Positions 1 through 10,149 of a stretch of DNA of 64,000 nucleotides are shown here, one piece after another. The notes beneath the pieces were generated by a model, which was not told where the DNA came from, searched no databases, and was given only the letters and a program-made list of their open reading frames with translations. This DNA is from Paludibacter sp. UBA6032 (lineage in GTDB: Bacteria > Bacteroidota > Bacteroidia > Bacteroidales > Paludibacteraceae), in NCBI GenBank assembly GCA_002427885.1, contig DIZI01000009.1:52855-116854 (forward strand), read 5' to 3'. How positions within the stretch are numbered: position 1 is the first letter of the stretch; every line of letters starts with the position of its first letter. The position numbers and the translations under genes were made by a program.

Positions 1-2
1 AA

Positions 3-599
3 CTTTCTCAAACACTTACGATTGACAAATACAGTTGGAGTGCAGATTTATCAAATGACAAAAAGAATGTTTCAGCAACTTATGAATTTAAATATGATAC
101 GGAAACATTACTGAAATATCAACTTGGTGCAGCCGGTAATTTTAGTGAATCTGTTTTAAATGATAGTACCAGTCGTCCACAGGATATAATTACATCCGGA
201 TCCATGTATTTCCAGGTATTTAATATCGCGATGCTGGGCGGATTTAAAGACTTTAAAGCTTTTGGTGATGAAATGGATGTTATCGATGGACAAAAGAACA
301 GTGACAAAGATCGTGTAACGAAACAAGTAGCGGCTATCAACAAATACCTGAAGATGTACGCCTATTTTGTGAAGGAAAATCAAAAATTTGCCGATATAGA
401 GTTTTATGTGGTTGAAAAGACTGAAACAGATTACTCTAATTACAATTTTAATACAGGACAATATGCTACAATGACTTATTATGATATTCAGCCACGTCTG
501 GTATTAAGTGATGGTTCTAAACAGGATATGGAAACATTTGTCAATACAGGATTTGAAGATTTGATCAACAGGTTAAATGAATTGCAACCGATGAACTAA
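3..599 (+). CDS. Hypothetical protein, 5'-truncated by the window edge
   Basis: The frame of the 204..599 ORF stays open back to position 3 (LSQTLTIDKYSW...) and is followed by a terminator. Confidence 0.7.
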   Translation, partial: LSQTLTIDKYSWSADLSNDKKNVSATYEFKYDTETLLKYQLGAAGNFSESVLNDSTSRPQDIITSGSMYFQVFNIAMLGGFKDFKAFGDEMDVIDGQKNSDKDRVTKQVAAINKYLKMYAYFVKENQKFADIEFYVVEKTETDYSNYNFNTGQYATMTYYDIQPRLVLSDGSKQDMETFVNTGFEDLINRLNELQPMN

Positions 600-610
600 T
601 TTGCAAATTA

Positions 611-644
611 TAAAAAAAGGAGGAAAGTCATTTTCTCCTTTTTT
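611..644. terminator. Bidirectional intrinsic terminator
   Basis: aaaaaaaggagga-aagtcatt-ttctccttttttt between convergent genes. Confidence 0.75.
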
Positions 645-1528
645 TATGGTATAATGTAGGTATAATCAGAATTTCCTTTCCCATACCAAATACCAAAGCC
701 CGGAGTGCTGATATTCGATTTAAGCGCTTCTTTTTCTCCGATAAAGTATATGTTACCAATACCTGTAGAAGCAGAGAAAAGAGTCAACGATTTAAAAAAT
801 TGTGTAGAAATACTGTCGATGGTGCTGAACTGAATTTGAATTGTATCGCCTTTTGCAAAATAACTCCCTTCAGAGAAGCTGGAATCTTTTTCCGTCGGCC
901 GGGGACTTATCGTAAAAGTATTGGACCCTGAAAGTGTAAATTCGGAATTATAGAGAAAAGGCGAGTTGATATAATAATTATCTTTTCTCTTTTTTGTAGA
1001 AACCCTGTAGCTGTTTTTCAAAGAGGGATCGATATTGAAAGTCATATACAGGATCCTTAATGAATCGTTACCTGAAACAGATAAAACAGTAAATTCATTT
1101 ATTTTAGTCGCAGTTGGTATTGTTGTTTTTGCATGAATTGAATATCCGCTGTAATCAACAGTCAGGTAATATGTTTTACCTTCTTCACCTCTAATATCGG
1201 TTCCCCGGTACACATAGGGAGGAAAGTGGGTTTTATCCCAACCTGAAGTCAGAATCTCTGTTTTTGCTCCCACAGCCTGAGGGTTTAATGAATCGGAGAT
1301 GGTCACTTTTGCAGTCCTGATAACATTCTCCAGTATGTTTACAGAGTCAACCTGTTTTGAAAGAGGCACATTCAACGATAAGTAGACTTTTGGAAATTCA
1401 CCGTTGGATATATATCCCTCAACAATGATTTTTTGGGTGTATCCATGTATCTCGTAATTTAAATCGGGGCGACAGGATATGAATACCACTGCAAGCAGGA
1501 AATAAATTGTATGTTTTTTCATAATCAA
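644..1528 (-). CDS. DUF4249-family lipoprotein
   Basis: Lipobox FISC, IVEGYI motif, C-terminal SNI..GFG; follows a TonB-dependent receptor as is typical. Confidence 0.8.
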   Translation of the reverse strand: MIMKKHTIYFLLAVVFISCRPDLNYEIHGYTQKIIVEGYISNGEFPKVYLSLNVPLSKQVDSVNILENVIRTAKVTISDSLNPQAVGAKTEILTSGWDKTHFPPYVYRGTDIRGEEGKTYYLTVDYSGYSIHAKTTIPTATKINEFTVLSVSGNDSLRILYMTFNIDPSLKNSYRVSTKKRKDNYYINSPFLYNSEFTLSGSNTFTISPRPTEKDSSFSEGSYFAKGDTIQIQFSTIDSISTQFFKSLTLFSASTGIGNIYFIGEKEALKSNISTPGFGIWYGKGNSDYTYIIP

Positions 1529-1532
1529 TAAA

Positions 1533-3710
1533 TTATAAACTAAATGTCCACGATACGGATGGTATAACCGGTAACAGATATTGCATTTTCATAGTCAGAT
1601 TTTTGGAACTGAAATATACCTGAAACGGATTGGCACGGTTATATAAATTGTAAATTGAGAAATTTATTTCCGAGTCAATACCTTTCTTTTTCTTCAGTTT
1701 ATAGTTAGCTGAAATATCCAGACGATGATATGCCGGCATTTCAAAAGCGTTATATTTACCATATTCCATCACGTAGTTGCCGTCAATATAATACCAGCTT
1801 AGCGGAAGATTGAGGCGACTGCCTGAAGCATAAACGAATACTGCAGAGAAACTCCAGCGATTATTAAATTCGTACATTCCAATCACTGAAACATCATGCC
1901 TTCTGTCATTACGTGCCAAAAAAGGAATCCCAGCATTAATCTGATCAAATTGCCGGTAACTCCACGCCAGATTGTATGAAATCCAACCGGTAAACTTCCC
2001 CATGTGTTTACTTAATTTCCATTCGGTACCATAATTCCATCCTTTTCCAACCAATAGGTTTTTTTCAATCATATTGTTGGTAAAAGTTTCTGCAATTCCA
2101 TTTTTGAATTCCAACTGGTTTTCCAAAGTTTTGTAATAGATTTCAGTACTAAATTCCCAACTGTTATTTGAAAAATTATGAAAATATCCACCTGACAAGT
2201 GCCAAGAACCCTGTGGTTTGACAAACAATGAAGCCGGGATCTGCAAATCGGTTGGAATTCCGAATGAAAAAACAGGAATCTGGTTCAGGTACTGAATGTG
2301 CCTTGTCGCTGAAAGTTTCAGAGATGATTGGCCATTCAGCAGATATCGGGAATAAAAGCGTGGCTCGACCCCGGAATAGGTCTTTATAATACTGTTGTTT
2401 TTATAGATGACATTGCCTGCTTCCTGAAAATTGGTATAAGGTCCGATATGGGCATACAGATTTGCCCGGACTCCAATATTAAACTGCCAATTGTTCTTTG
2501 TCCATTCATCGCGGAAATAAACAGAAAGTTGTGTAGAATGAATGGTATTGTGTTTATTATTAACTTCAACAGCCAGAATAGAGTCATTGTGCAGAAAGTG
2601 CGGAATTGCAGCATTATATGACATTTCAGTCCCAAATTTAAATTGATGATTACCTGCAATATGAAAGAAATCGGCTTTGTAGTTGATATTATCAAACTGA
2701 GACCGTACATCCTGCAATGAATTGTACCAGTCGAAAGTTGACTGTATATAGAATTTGGAATAATTCAGTTGATGGTTCATACTCCAATCGTCGTTGAAAA
2801 TATGATTGAGTTGTAGCCCGACAGCCGTGTTTTGCCAAAAAGTACTGTTCCCGTTAATTTCGTACTTTTTAATCTCCTGAATTTTCAATTCATCTTTTCC
2901 GGTATATATATGTCCGGTGAGTTTGGTCCGCGGAGCCAGATTGTAAATAAAACCAGCATTTGCATCCCAGAACTCATAGCTGTTTTGCGTGAGCGCACTG
3001 TCAATACCAAGCAAACTAAGTGTTGGAAGTATTATTGAGCTAATATAACTACCACGTAGAGACGCATAAACTGAAAATCTTGAGTTAAGGGGAATTTGAG
3101 TTGATAAGCGGGAGGAAATAAGTCCGATTGATCCTTTGATCTTTATTTTTTCAGGAATCCGGTTGATGGTCGTAATATCGACAATCGATGAAAGTCGTCC
3201 GCCGTACTCTGCAGGCATTCCTGATTTAATAAAGCGCATCTGGTCTATTAAATCGGGATTGAAGACGGAAAACATACCCAACACATGTGTTGGATTTTGT
3301 ATTAAAGTTCCGTTGAGTAGAATCAGGTTTTGGTCATTGTTTCCACCGCGAACATACAAGCCGGAATTGGCTTCACCCGCCTGTGATACCCCACCCATGT
3401 ACTGCAATGCCTTATAAGGATCACTTTCTCCGGCAAATTTTGGTAATTGTTTCAGTTGTTCGACATCCACATTAATACCTGTCGATCCTGCTTTAATATT
3501 GGCTTCTTTTAAGTTCCCGGTTACCTGGATTTCCCGGATCTCAATTGTTTTATTAACTATGGATTTAGGATCCAGGGTATCGGAAATAAGTACATGCTTA
3601 CTCTGAGCCGCGATATTTTGTAACGAGCCTGAGAGTGTGATAATCAAAAACCACAGTTCTATCGCGGACTTATATTTTCCGCTTATTTTTAGTGATTTAA
3701 ATGTTGCCAA
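1533..3710 (-). CDS. TonB-dependent outer-membrane receptor
   Basis: Plug motif GLYVRGGNNDQNLILLNG...H.LGMFSVFN, YGGRLSS, beta-barrel, PAYHRLD, C-terminal aromatic strand. Confidence 0.9.
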   Translation of the reverse strand: MATFKSLKISGKYKSAIELWFLIITLSGSLQNIAAQSKHVLISDTLDPKSIVNKTIEIREIQVTGNLKEANIKAGSTGINVDVEQLKQLPKFAGESDPYKALQYMGGVSQAGEANSGLYVRGGNNDQNLILLNGTLIQNPTHVLGMFSVFNPDLIDQMRFIKSGMPAEYGGRLSSIVDITTINRIPEKIKIKGSIGLISSRLSTQIPLNSRFSVYASLRGSYISSIILPTLSLLGIDSALTQNSYEFWDANAGFIYNLAPRTKLTGHIYTGKDELKIQEIKKYEINGNSTFWQNTAVGLQLNHIFNDDWSMNHQLNYSKFYIQSTFDWYNSLQDVRSQFDNINYKADFFHIAGNHQFKFGTEMSYNAAIPHFLHNDSILAVEVNNKHNTIHSTQLSVYFRDEWTKNNWQFNIGVRANLYAHIGPYTNFQEAGNVIYKNNSIIKTYSGVEPRFYSRYLLNGQSSLKLSATRHIQYLNQIPVFSFGIPTDLQIPASLFVKPQGSWHLSGGYFHNFSNNSWEFSTEIYYKTLENQLEFKNGIAETFTNNMIEKNLLVGKGWNYGTEWKLSKHMGKFTGWISYNLAWSYRQFDQINAGIPFLARNDRRHDVSVIGMYEFNNRWSFSAVFVYASGSRLNLPLSWYYIDGNYVMEYGKYNAFEMPAYHRLDISANYKLKKKKGIDSEINFSIYNLYNRANPFQVYFSSKNLTMKMQYLLPVIPSVSWTFSL

Positions 3711-3735
3711 ACAACTTAATGTGGATTATGAATGA

Positions 3736-4806
3736 TTATACAACTTCAGCTTCCAGATTATTCGCACGGATTTTAATGTATATTGTCGATCCCGATTTGC
3801 TGCTGGCAGTCTGAACATAGCCCATCCCGATTCCCTTTTTGCTGTCGGGCAGCATGGTTCCGGATGTAACATGTCCGATAACTTCATCGTTTTCATTTAC
3901 AATCTCGTAACCGTGACGTGGAATTCCCCGTTCTTTTAATTCAAACCGTACCAATTTCCTGCTTACGCCACCGGATTTTTGTTTTTCGAGCAACGGACGG
4001 TCGATAAAGTTTTTTCCGTATGAAAATTTGGTAATCCAGCCTAAACCGGCTTCTATAGGTGAGGTTGTATCATCAATATCATTCCCGTACAGGCAAAAAC
4101 CTTTTTCGAGACGTAAGGTATCGCGGGCTCCCAATCCAATTGGTTTTAAACCGTATGCTCTGCCAACTTCGAAAAGTGCATCCCATATTTTTTGACCGTA
4201 TTCAGGGTAAAAATAGATTTCAAAACCACCTGCACCGGTATAACCTGTATTCGAAAGAATTACTTCATCAACTCCGGCAAATCCACCAACGGCAAATCCG
4301 TAATACGGAATTTGAGAAAGATCGGTTTTTGTGAGTTTCTGAAGCATTTCTGTAGCTTTGGGTCCCTGTACGGCCAGTTGCGCCATATGATCGGAAGCAT
4401 TTTCGAGAATGGCACCTTCCGTATTATTACTGACACACCAGTTCCAGTCTTTTTCAATATTTGATGCATTGACAACGAGCAGGTATTTGTTTACATCATA
4501 ATGATACACCAGCAAATCGTCAACAATTCCGCCTTTTCCATTCGGGAAACAGGAATATTGAATTTTCCCGATTGGAATAACAGAGACATCATTGGAAGTC
4601 ACCTTTTGTAAAAAAGGGAAAGCATTTTCACCTTTCACCCAAAATTCACCCATGTGTGAAACATCAAAAACACCAACGCCGTTGCGTACTGTCAAATGTT
4701 CGTCCGAAATGCCGGTAGTATATTCGATCGGCATATTATAACCTGCAAATTCATGCATTTTAGCCCCTAATGCTATGTGGATGTCTGTGAAAGGAGTACT
4801 CTTCAT
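3736..4806 (-). CDS. gcvT: Glycine cleavage system aminomethyltransferase T
   Basis: [18 protein letters not shown] and [11 protein letters not shown] motifs. Confidence 0.97.
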   Translation of the reverse strand: MKSTPFTDIHIALGAKMHEFAGYNMPIEYTTGISDEHLTVRNGVGVFDVSHMGEFWVKGENAFPFLQKVTSNDVSVIPIGKIQYSCFPNGKGGIVDDLLVYHYDVNKYLLVVNASNIEKDWNWCVSNNTEGAILENASDHMAQLAVQGPKATEMLQKLTKTDLSQIPYYGFAVGGFAGVDEVILSNTGYTGAGGFEIYFYPEYGQKIWDALFEVGRAYGLKPIGLGARDTLRLEKGFCLYGNDIDDTTSPIEAGLGWITKFSYGKNFIDRPLLEKQKSGGVSRKLVRFELKERGIPRHGYEIVNENDEVIGHVTSGTMLPDSKKGIGMGYVQTASSKSGSTIYIKIRANNLEAEVV

Positions 4807-4905
4807 TACTTTAATTTATTCTGAAGTTATTTAATTTTTATTCAATCGTTTATGATCGTTGATAAGTCGTTTTTTATTGATAGTTCCAGTATCTTGGAGG
4901 TAAAT

Positions 4906-6129
4906 TTATTTCTTTGCCAGGTTTTCAATGATTCTTATAATCACCAGCATAGCTTTTTCCATAGACTGAACGGGAACATATTCAAAGCGCCCGTGGAAGT
5001 TATGTCCACCTGCAAAGATATTTGGGCATGGCAGACCTTCGTATGATAAACGGGCACCGTCTGTTCCTCCACGAATCGGTTTTACATCTGGTATAACTCC
5101 AACCTGTTTCATGGCTTCAAAAGCCTCATCGATAATGTGCATAACCGGTTCGATTTTTTCACGCATGTTGTAATACTGGTCATGCATTTCCAATTCTGCC
5201 GTATCAGGCCCAAATTCCGCATTAATCTTATTAACCAGATGCTCGAATTCTTTTTTCCGACGATCGAAGCGGTCCCGGTCATGATCCCTGATAATATAGC
5301 TTAGGGTCGATTTTTCAACTGTTCCTTCCATATTTGTCAGGTGATAAAATCCTTCGTAATCCTTGGTGTGTTCAGGGGTTTCGTGGCGTGGAATCATCCC
5401 GATAAACTGATTGGCAATACGCATGGAATTAACCATTTTATGCAGTGCATACCCGGGATGCACATTAATTCCTTTAAAATGAACTTTTGCCCCGGCCGCA
5501 TTGAAATTTTCAAACTCCAGTTCGCCTATTTCACCGCCATCCATGGTATAAGCCCAGTCGGCACCAAATTTAGCAACATCGAAATGATCGGCACCCTGTC
5601 CGATTTCTTCATCAGGGGTAAACCCAACGCGAATTTTACCGTGTTTGATTTCAGGATGAGCAATCAGGTACTCCATGGCAGTAACTATTTCGGCCAAACC
5701 TGCTTTATCGTCGGCTCCAAGCAAAGTCGTACCATCAGTAACGATGATATCCTGTCCTTTATATTGCTTGATTTCCGGATATTTCAGTGTTTCGAAAACA
5801 ATATTCTGCTCCTCATTCAATACAATGTCATTTCCATCGTAATTATATACTATGCGGGGTTTCACATTTTTCCCACTCATATCCGGACTCGTATCCATAT
5901 GCGAAATAAATCCGATTGTCGGAATATTTTTATCGATATTAGCCGGCAAAGTGGCCATCACATAGCCATTTTTGTCCAGATCGACTTCCTGCAATCCAAT
6001 GGATTTCAATTCTTCGACAAGGTATTTGGCAAAAGTTATCTGCCCCGGTGTGCTGGGCGTCATATTGGTGTTTTCGTCAGAAGTAGTTGTGAAACTGACG
6101 TATTTCAGGAAACGATTGGTTATATTCAT
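4906..6129 (-). CDS. pepT: Peptidase T (M20B tripeptidase)
   Basis: [29 protein letters not shown] and NFHG motifs. Confidence 0.97.
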   Translation of the reverse strand: MNITNRFLKYVSFTTTSDENTNMTPSTPGQITFAKYLVEELKSIGLQEVDLDKNGYVMATLPANIDKNIPTIGFISHMDTSPDMSGKNVKPRIVYNYDGNDIVLNEEQNIVFETLKYPEIKQYKGQDIIVTDGTTLLGADDKAGLAEIVTAMEYLIAHPEIKHGKIRVGFTPDEEIGQGADHFDVAKFGADWAYTMDGGEIGELEFENFNAAGAKVHFKGINVHPGYALHKMVNSMRIANQFIGMIPRHETPEHTKDYEGFYHLTNMEGTVEKSTLSYIIRDHDRDRFDRRKKEFEHLVNKINAEFGPDTAELEMHDQYYNMREKIEPVMHIIDEAFEAMKQVGVIPDVKPIRGGTDGARLSYEGLPCPNIFAGGHNFHGRFEYVPVQSMEKAMLVIIRIIENLAKK

Positions 6130-6715
6130 ACTGTTTTATATATAATTGGTCACAAAAATACAGAAAAAAAGGTATACAAATTCATTTCGGAAGCATTTTT
6201 TATTAATAGGCCATTCATTTAAAATCTTAATATTAATATTAGAATATTTACAGGCATTTTTCTTTCAATTAATTACTAAGTGCGTTTGTAATATGCCAAT
6301 TTATCATTGAATGTAAAGGGCAGTAAATAAAAAAAATAATTGACTGAGGAGGACTGACTGGCATTCATCTTTTTTCGTCCATATAACTGTGATAAAATTT
6401 AAGAGCCCGCAGAATAACACGAATTAACGTGAGCCAGTGATAAGTTAATTTGAAAATGTGCTAATTTGTCCCGATACTATCGGGATTGGAAATGAAAAGA
6501 ATCAAAGAATTACAATTCATTCAATACGTCAGAATTGGCTTAACATAACACTAAATATAATCAGAAACCTAATTTAAAGAAATATCAAACTTTCTGTTTC
6601 CGTAGGGAATTTATATCAATAGATTGTGTCCATTCTAATAATAAATTACCGGGGAAAATCATTCAAAATGAAGATGATTATCAATTGATATTCAAGTCTT
6701 GACTGACTATATTTC

Positions 6716-6946
6716 TTATTTCGATTTTATTTTGCCGCTTAAATAAGCAACTAATGAATAGACGGCAGCAATGATGATAAGATTAAACACGAAATTAATC
6801 AGTGTGTCACTTACAGAATGTGAACGTCTGTCTATATCAATAAAAGTATAAACGGCATAAATAAGTCCGGATAATAGCATTATCCAACCAATCAGGGATG
6901 TTGGAACAAAGAATATACCTTTGCGCTTGAATAGTGGTGATTTCAT
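6716..6946 (-). CDS. Small membrane protein with 2 TM segments
   Basis: Two hydrophobic stretches around SHSVSDTL; co-directional with neighbours. Confidence 0.7.
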   Translation of the reverse strand: MKSPLFKRKGIFFVPTSLIGWIMLLSGLIYAVYTFIDIDRRSHSVSDTLINFVFNLIIIAAVYSLVAYLSGKIKSK

Positions 6947-6957
6947 ATTGCACTGAT

Positions 6958-7368
6958 TTACTGTTTTTTCGTTTTGCGTGAGTTCAAATAATCTTCCTTC
7001 ATTTTCAAAAGATCAATCGTTGAACAGTCAATAATTAATTCTCTGATTATTTCTAAAGGCATATCACTCTCGTTGATGAAATTGATACAGCCCTTCTGAA
7101 ATTTTGCCTTCAATAAAAGAGTCTTATATTTTGCGTTCAAGGTAGTTGATCCGTAAATTGGCAGGACATGTAATGACATGTAGTTCTTAACACCGGCAAG
7201 CCCGTATTTCATGGTACCTTTTCCTTTATAAATAATCATCTCTATTCCCATCATTGATTCTACTCCGGCTATTACAGTTTTATCATTTGCAATAATGGTT
7301 TCATGGATAGTTGTCATTATGGCTTGTCTTTTTACCGGTTGATTTGATATGTATGTATTAATTTCCAC
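6958..7368 (-). CDS. DUF1801-like protein
   Basis: KNYMSLH and KGCINF motifs typical of DUF1801/YdhG-like proteins. Confidence 0.7.
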   Translation of the reverse strand: MEINTYISNQPVKRQAIMTTIHETIIANDKTVIAGVESMMGIEMIIYKGKGTMKYGLAGVKNYMSLHVLPIYGSTTLNAKYKTLLLKAKFQKGCINFINESDMPLEIIRELIIDCSTIDLLKMKEDYLNSRKTKKQ

Positions 7369-7387
7369 AGGATTTTTATTTTGTGTG

Positions 7388-7942
7388 TTAAACCCTGTTC
7401 TTTAGTTTGCCCCATTTTTCTACAATATCCGTTTCTCCTTCGAAATAATCCACTTGCGATTCCATTTTAAATACCTCATTGGATGGAGCTAACAGTATTT
7501 TTCCCGAATCGGGATATTCGCAGAAATCATATCCGATAAAGGTACGGACATCGAGATAGATACACGGTTCCGTTCCATGATTGTAAAACTGATGGGCGCC
7601 TGATTCTCCCATTTCGAAGAAGACAATATCGCCATTCGAAACCACCTCAAGTCCAACGGGTGATCTCAACGTCATGGATCCTGATACAATCATAAATAAT
7701 TCTTCCGCGTACCGGTGAAAATGGTAGGGAGCCGAAAATTGTCCCGGATTTAATGACCTCAAATCGAAGTTCAGGTTTTGCGGATGTATACCTGCATTCG
7801 TTCTTGACACATCGGTGAAGAGACGGAAGTTGTCAATTTTGCCGGGGTTTTCCTGAAACTCCCTTTTATCTCCTTTTAAAATTGTAGCCATGTGACGGAG
7901 TATTAAGTTTGTATTTTTAGAAAATACTATAACAATATTCAC
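7388..7942 (-). CDS. Cupin-domain protein (start may be the ATG at 7891)
   Basis: PGQFSAPYHFH..EE, GESGAHQ, CEYPDSGK. Confidence 0.85.
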   Translation of the reverse strand: MNIVIVFSKNTNLILRHMATILKGDKREFQENPGKIDNFRLFTDVSRTNAGIHPQNLNFDLRSLNPGQFSAPYHFHRYAEELFMIVSGSMTLRSPVGLEVVSNGDIVFFEMGESGAHQFYNHGTEPCIYLDVRTFIGYDFCEYPDSGKILLAPSNEVFKMESQVDYFEGETDIVEKWGKLKNRV

Positions 7943-8177
7943 ACACCGGAAGTTTTTATTTAGTTGCCATTAACGAACAAAACAATCCGCCCCCGGCGTT
8001 TGGAGCGTCAGGGGCGGGGAGAGAGGGGGAATAGTGATGAATGCAAATCTGTGTTGTTAGCTTATAATGTGCTCTTTCCGCAAACTGTATATCTTCAAAC
8101 CTAAATGAAATAATCGTCTGGTTCTACTTCATAACAAGCATTCTACAAATAATTTCATCTTTATCGTTAACAAAATG

Positions 8178-9644
8178 TCAGATTGTCTGATAAGGTATTT
8201 CCACTTTCACACTTGTTCCTTTACCCACTTTACTTGTAATATCCAAATTACCGTCCAATAAAAAAACCCGTTCTTTCATGCCAATCAAACCGTACGAATC
8301 TTGCCGACCTTTGTTATTCTCATCAAACCCAACTCCATTATCAAAAACTTTAAGTACCAATTTGCCGGCAGGATTTGATAATTGTACCGTCACCAAAGTT
8401 GCCTTGGCGTGTTTGATAATATTATTGAGTGCTTCTTGGAGTATTCGAAATAATGCAACTGACTGTTCCAAATCAATATTAAGGTTCATAATTGCACTTT
8501 CAAACCGACTGTTTATATGGTGTGTTTCCTCAAAGTCACGCAAGTATGATTTACATGCTTCTTCAAACCCCAACAATTCAATCAATTCGGGTCGTAGACC
8601 ATTCATAATCCTTCGAGCCGATTTAATGGTTTTTTCAACCAGACCGGTAAGATCATTCAGTTTAGATAGTAGTTCTTCCGAAGTGGTAGCTTCGATTCCT
8701 TTCGACAATTTTTTTTCAAACATGCCCAAGTCAATTTTCAAAGCAACTAAAATTTGACCGAGATCATCATGTATTTCGCGGGCCAATGCTATTTTTTCTT
8801 CTTCCCGGACATGTTGGAGATGCGTTGCAAATTTTCTTAATTCTTGCTGAGAATTATTCAAAGCTTCCTCCGACTGCTTTTGTTCCGTAATATCGAGATT
8901 AAATGTCTGATAATGCTTGACCCCATCCCACAGGACTTCTTTTCTCCAAACTTTTATGTAGCGGATTTCCGCGTTTTTACGTATAATACTTACCTCATAA
9001 TCAAATATATCATGCCCATTTTTTCTTTTTTCTTTTCTTATCTGATGTTGAACATAACTTTCGGGAGTGTGTCTGTTTATTGCCGGTATACATCTGAATT
9101 CTTCCAGACTGTTATATTCATAAATATCAAGGAAGGCTTTATTTACATAAATTGTTTCTCCTTCGATGGAAATAATACGTATCCCCAAAGGAGATTCTGA
9201 AATGGAACGATGGTAATTTTCTTCCGATTGGAGAAATGTTTTCTCCGTTCGTTTACGATTAATTTCAAGCTCATTTTCGTGCAGGGCTCTTTTAATTGCG
9301 GGAACCAGACGCTCAAGTTTGTCCTTGAGCACGTAATCTGTTGCTCCGTTTACCATCGATTCAATAGCGGCATCTTCTCCCATTGTTCCTGTAACAAATA
9401 GGAAGGGTGTGTAAGGATAGTTTTCTCTTACCAACTTCAACGCTTCGTTGCCATTATAATCAGGCAGGTGATTATCGGATAATATGATGTCGATCTTTTC
9501 AGTTTCCAGGATATTTATAAAATCCTTTTCGTTATCAGCCAAAAAATATTCATGTGCAATACCTCCACCCTCAATAATTGAGTGGATTAATTCAAAATCT
9601 TTTAATGAATCTTCGAGATGTAGAACTTTTATAATATTCTCCAT
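8178..9644 (-). CDS. Hybrid REC-PAS-HisKA_3 (NarX/UhpB-type) sensor histidine kinase
   Basis: N-terminal receiver (LEDS, SD..LP, K), PAS region, AREIHDDLGQ H-box, QEALNN, DNGVGF. Confidence 0.92.
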   Translation of the reverse strand: MENIIKVLHLEDSLKDFELIHSIIEGGGIAHEYFLADNEKDFINILETEKIDIILSDNHLPDYNGNEALKLVRENYPYTPFLFVTGTMGEDAAIESMVNGATDYVLKDKLERLVPAIKRALHENELEINRKRTEKTFLQSEENYHRSISESPLGIRIISIEGETIYVNKAFLDIYEYNSLEEFRCIPAINRHTPESYVQHQIRKEKRKNGHDIFDYEVSIIRKNAEIRYIKVWRKEVLWDGVKHYQTFNLDITEQKQSEEALNNSQQELRKFATHLQHVREEEKIALAREIHDDLGQILVALKIDLGMFEKKLSKGIEATTSEELLSKLNDLTGLVEKTIKSARRIMNGLRPELIELLGFEEACKSYLRDFEETHHINSRFESAIMNLNIDLEQSVALFRILQEALNNIIKHAKATLVTVQLSNPAGKLVLKVFDNGVGFDENNKGRQDSYGLIGMKERVFLLDGNLDITSKVGKGTSVKVEIPYQTI

Positions 9645-9681
9645 GGTTGTAAGTATAAATCGAACTTTAAATTTAATCTGA

Positions 9682-10128
9682 TTACATAATTGAAGGTGGT
9701 AGTTGATTGATAACAGCCCAATATTGTCCCAACGCTTTAATCGCTTCTATAAACTGAACAATATCAACCGGTTTAACCACATAAGAATTAGCCCCAAGCT
9801 TGTAACTTTCAACCAGGTCTTTTTCTTCGCCGGATGATGTGACCATGATAACCGGGATGAACTTAAATTTAGGATCGGTGCGAATGTATTTAAGCACTTC
9901 TATTCCATTCATCCGGGGCATTTTTATATCCAACAGTATAACAGCAGGATTGCCGTTTCTATAACCGGCAAATTTGCCGCGTTTATGCAGATAGTCTAAT
10001 GCCTCTACTCCATCTTCAGCAACAACCACTAAGTTTGCAAGATTTTTTTCAGAAAGGGCAGCGATGGTAAGCTCAACATCTTTGGGACTGTCGTCGACAA
10101 TCAGGATTGTTTTCAGGTCTGTGTTCAT
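9682..10128 (-). CDS. Single-domain response regulator (Rcp1-like)
   Basis: VDDS, LLDIKMP, SYKLGANSYVVKP. Confidence 0.92.
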   Translation of the reverse strand: MNTDLKTILIVDDSPKDVELTIAALSEKNLANLVVVAEDGVEALDYLHKRGKFAGYRNGNPAVILLDIKMPRMNGIEVLKYIRTDPKFKFIPVIMVTSSGEEKDLVESYKLGANSYVVKPVDIVQFIEAIKALGQYWAVINQLPPSIM

Positions 10129-10149
10129 AACTTGATTTTTTTATATTAT

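Noticed and set aside
5341-6222. 293-aa plus-strand ORF
   Set aside because: Antisense shadow of pepT with no recognisable motifs.
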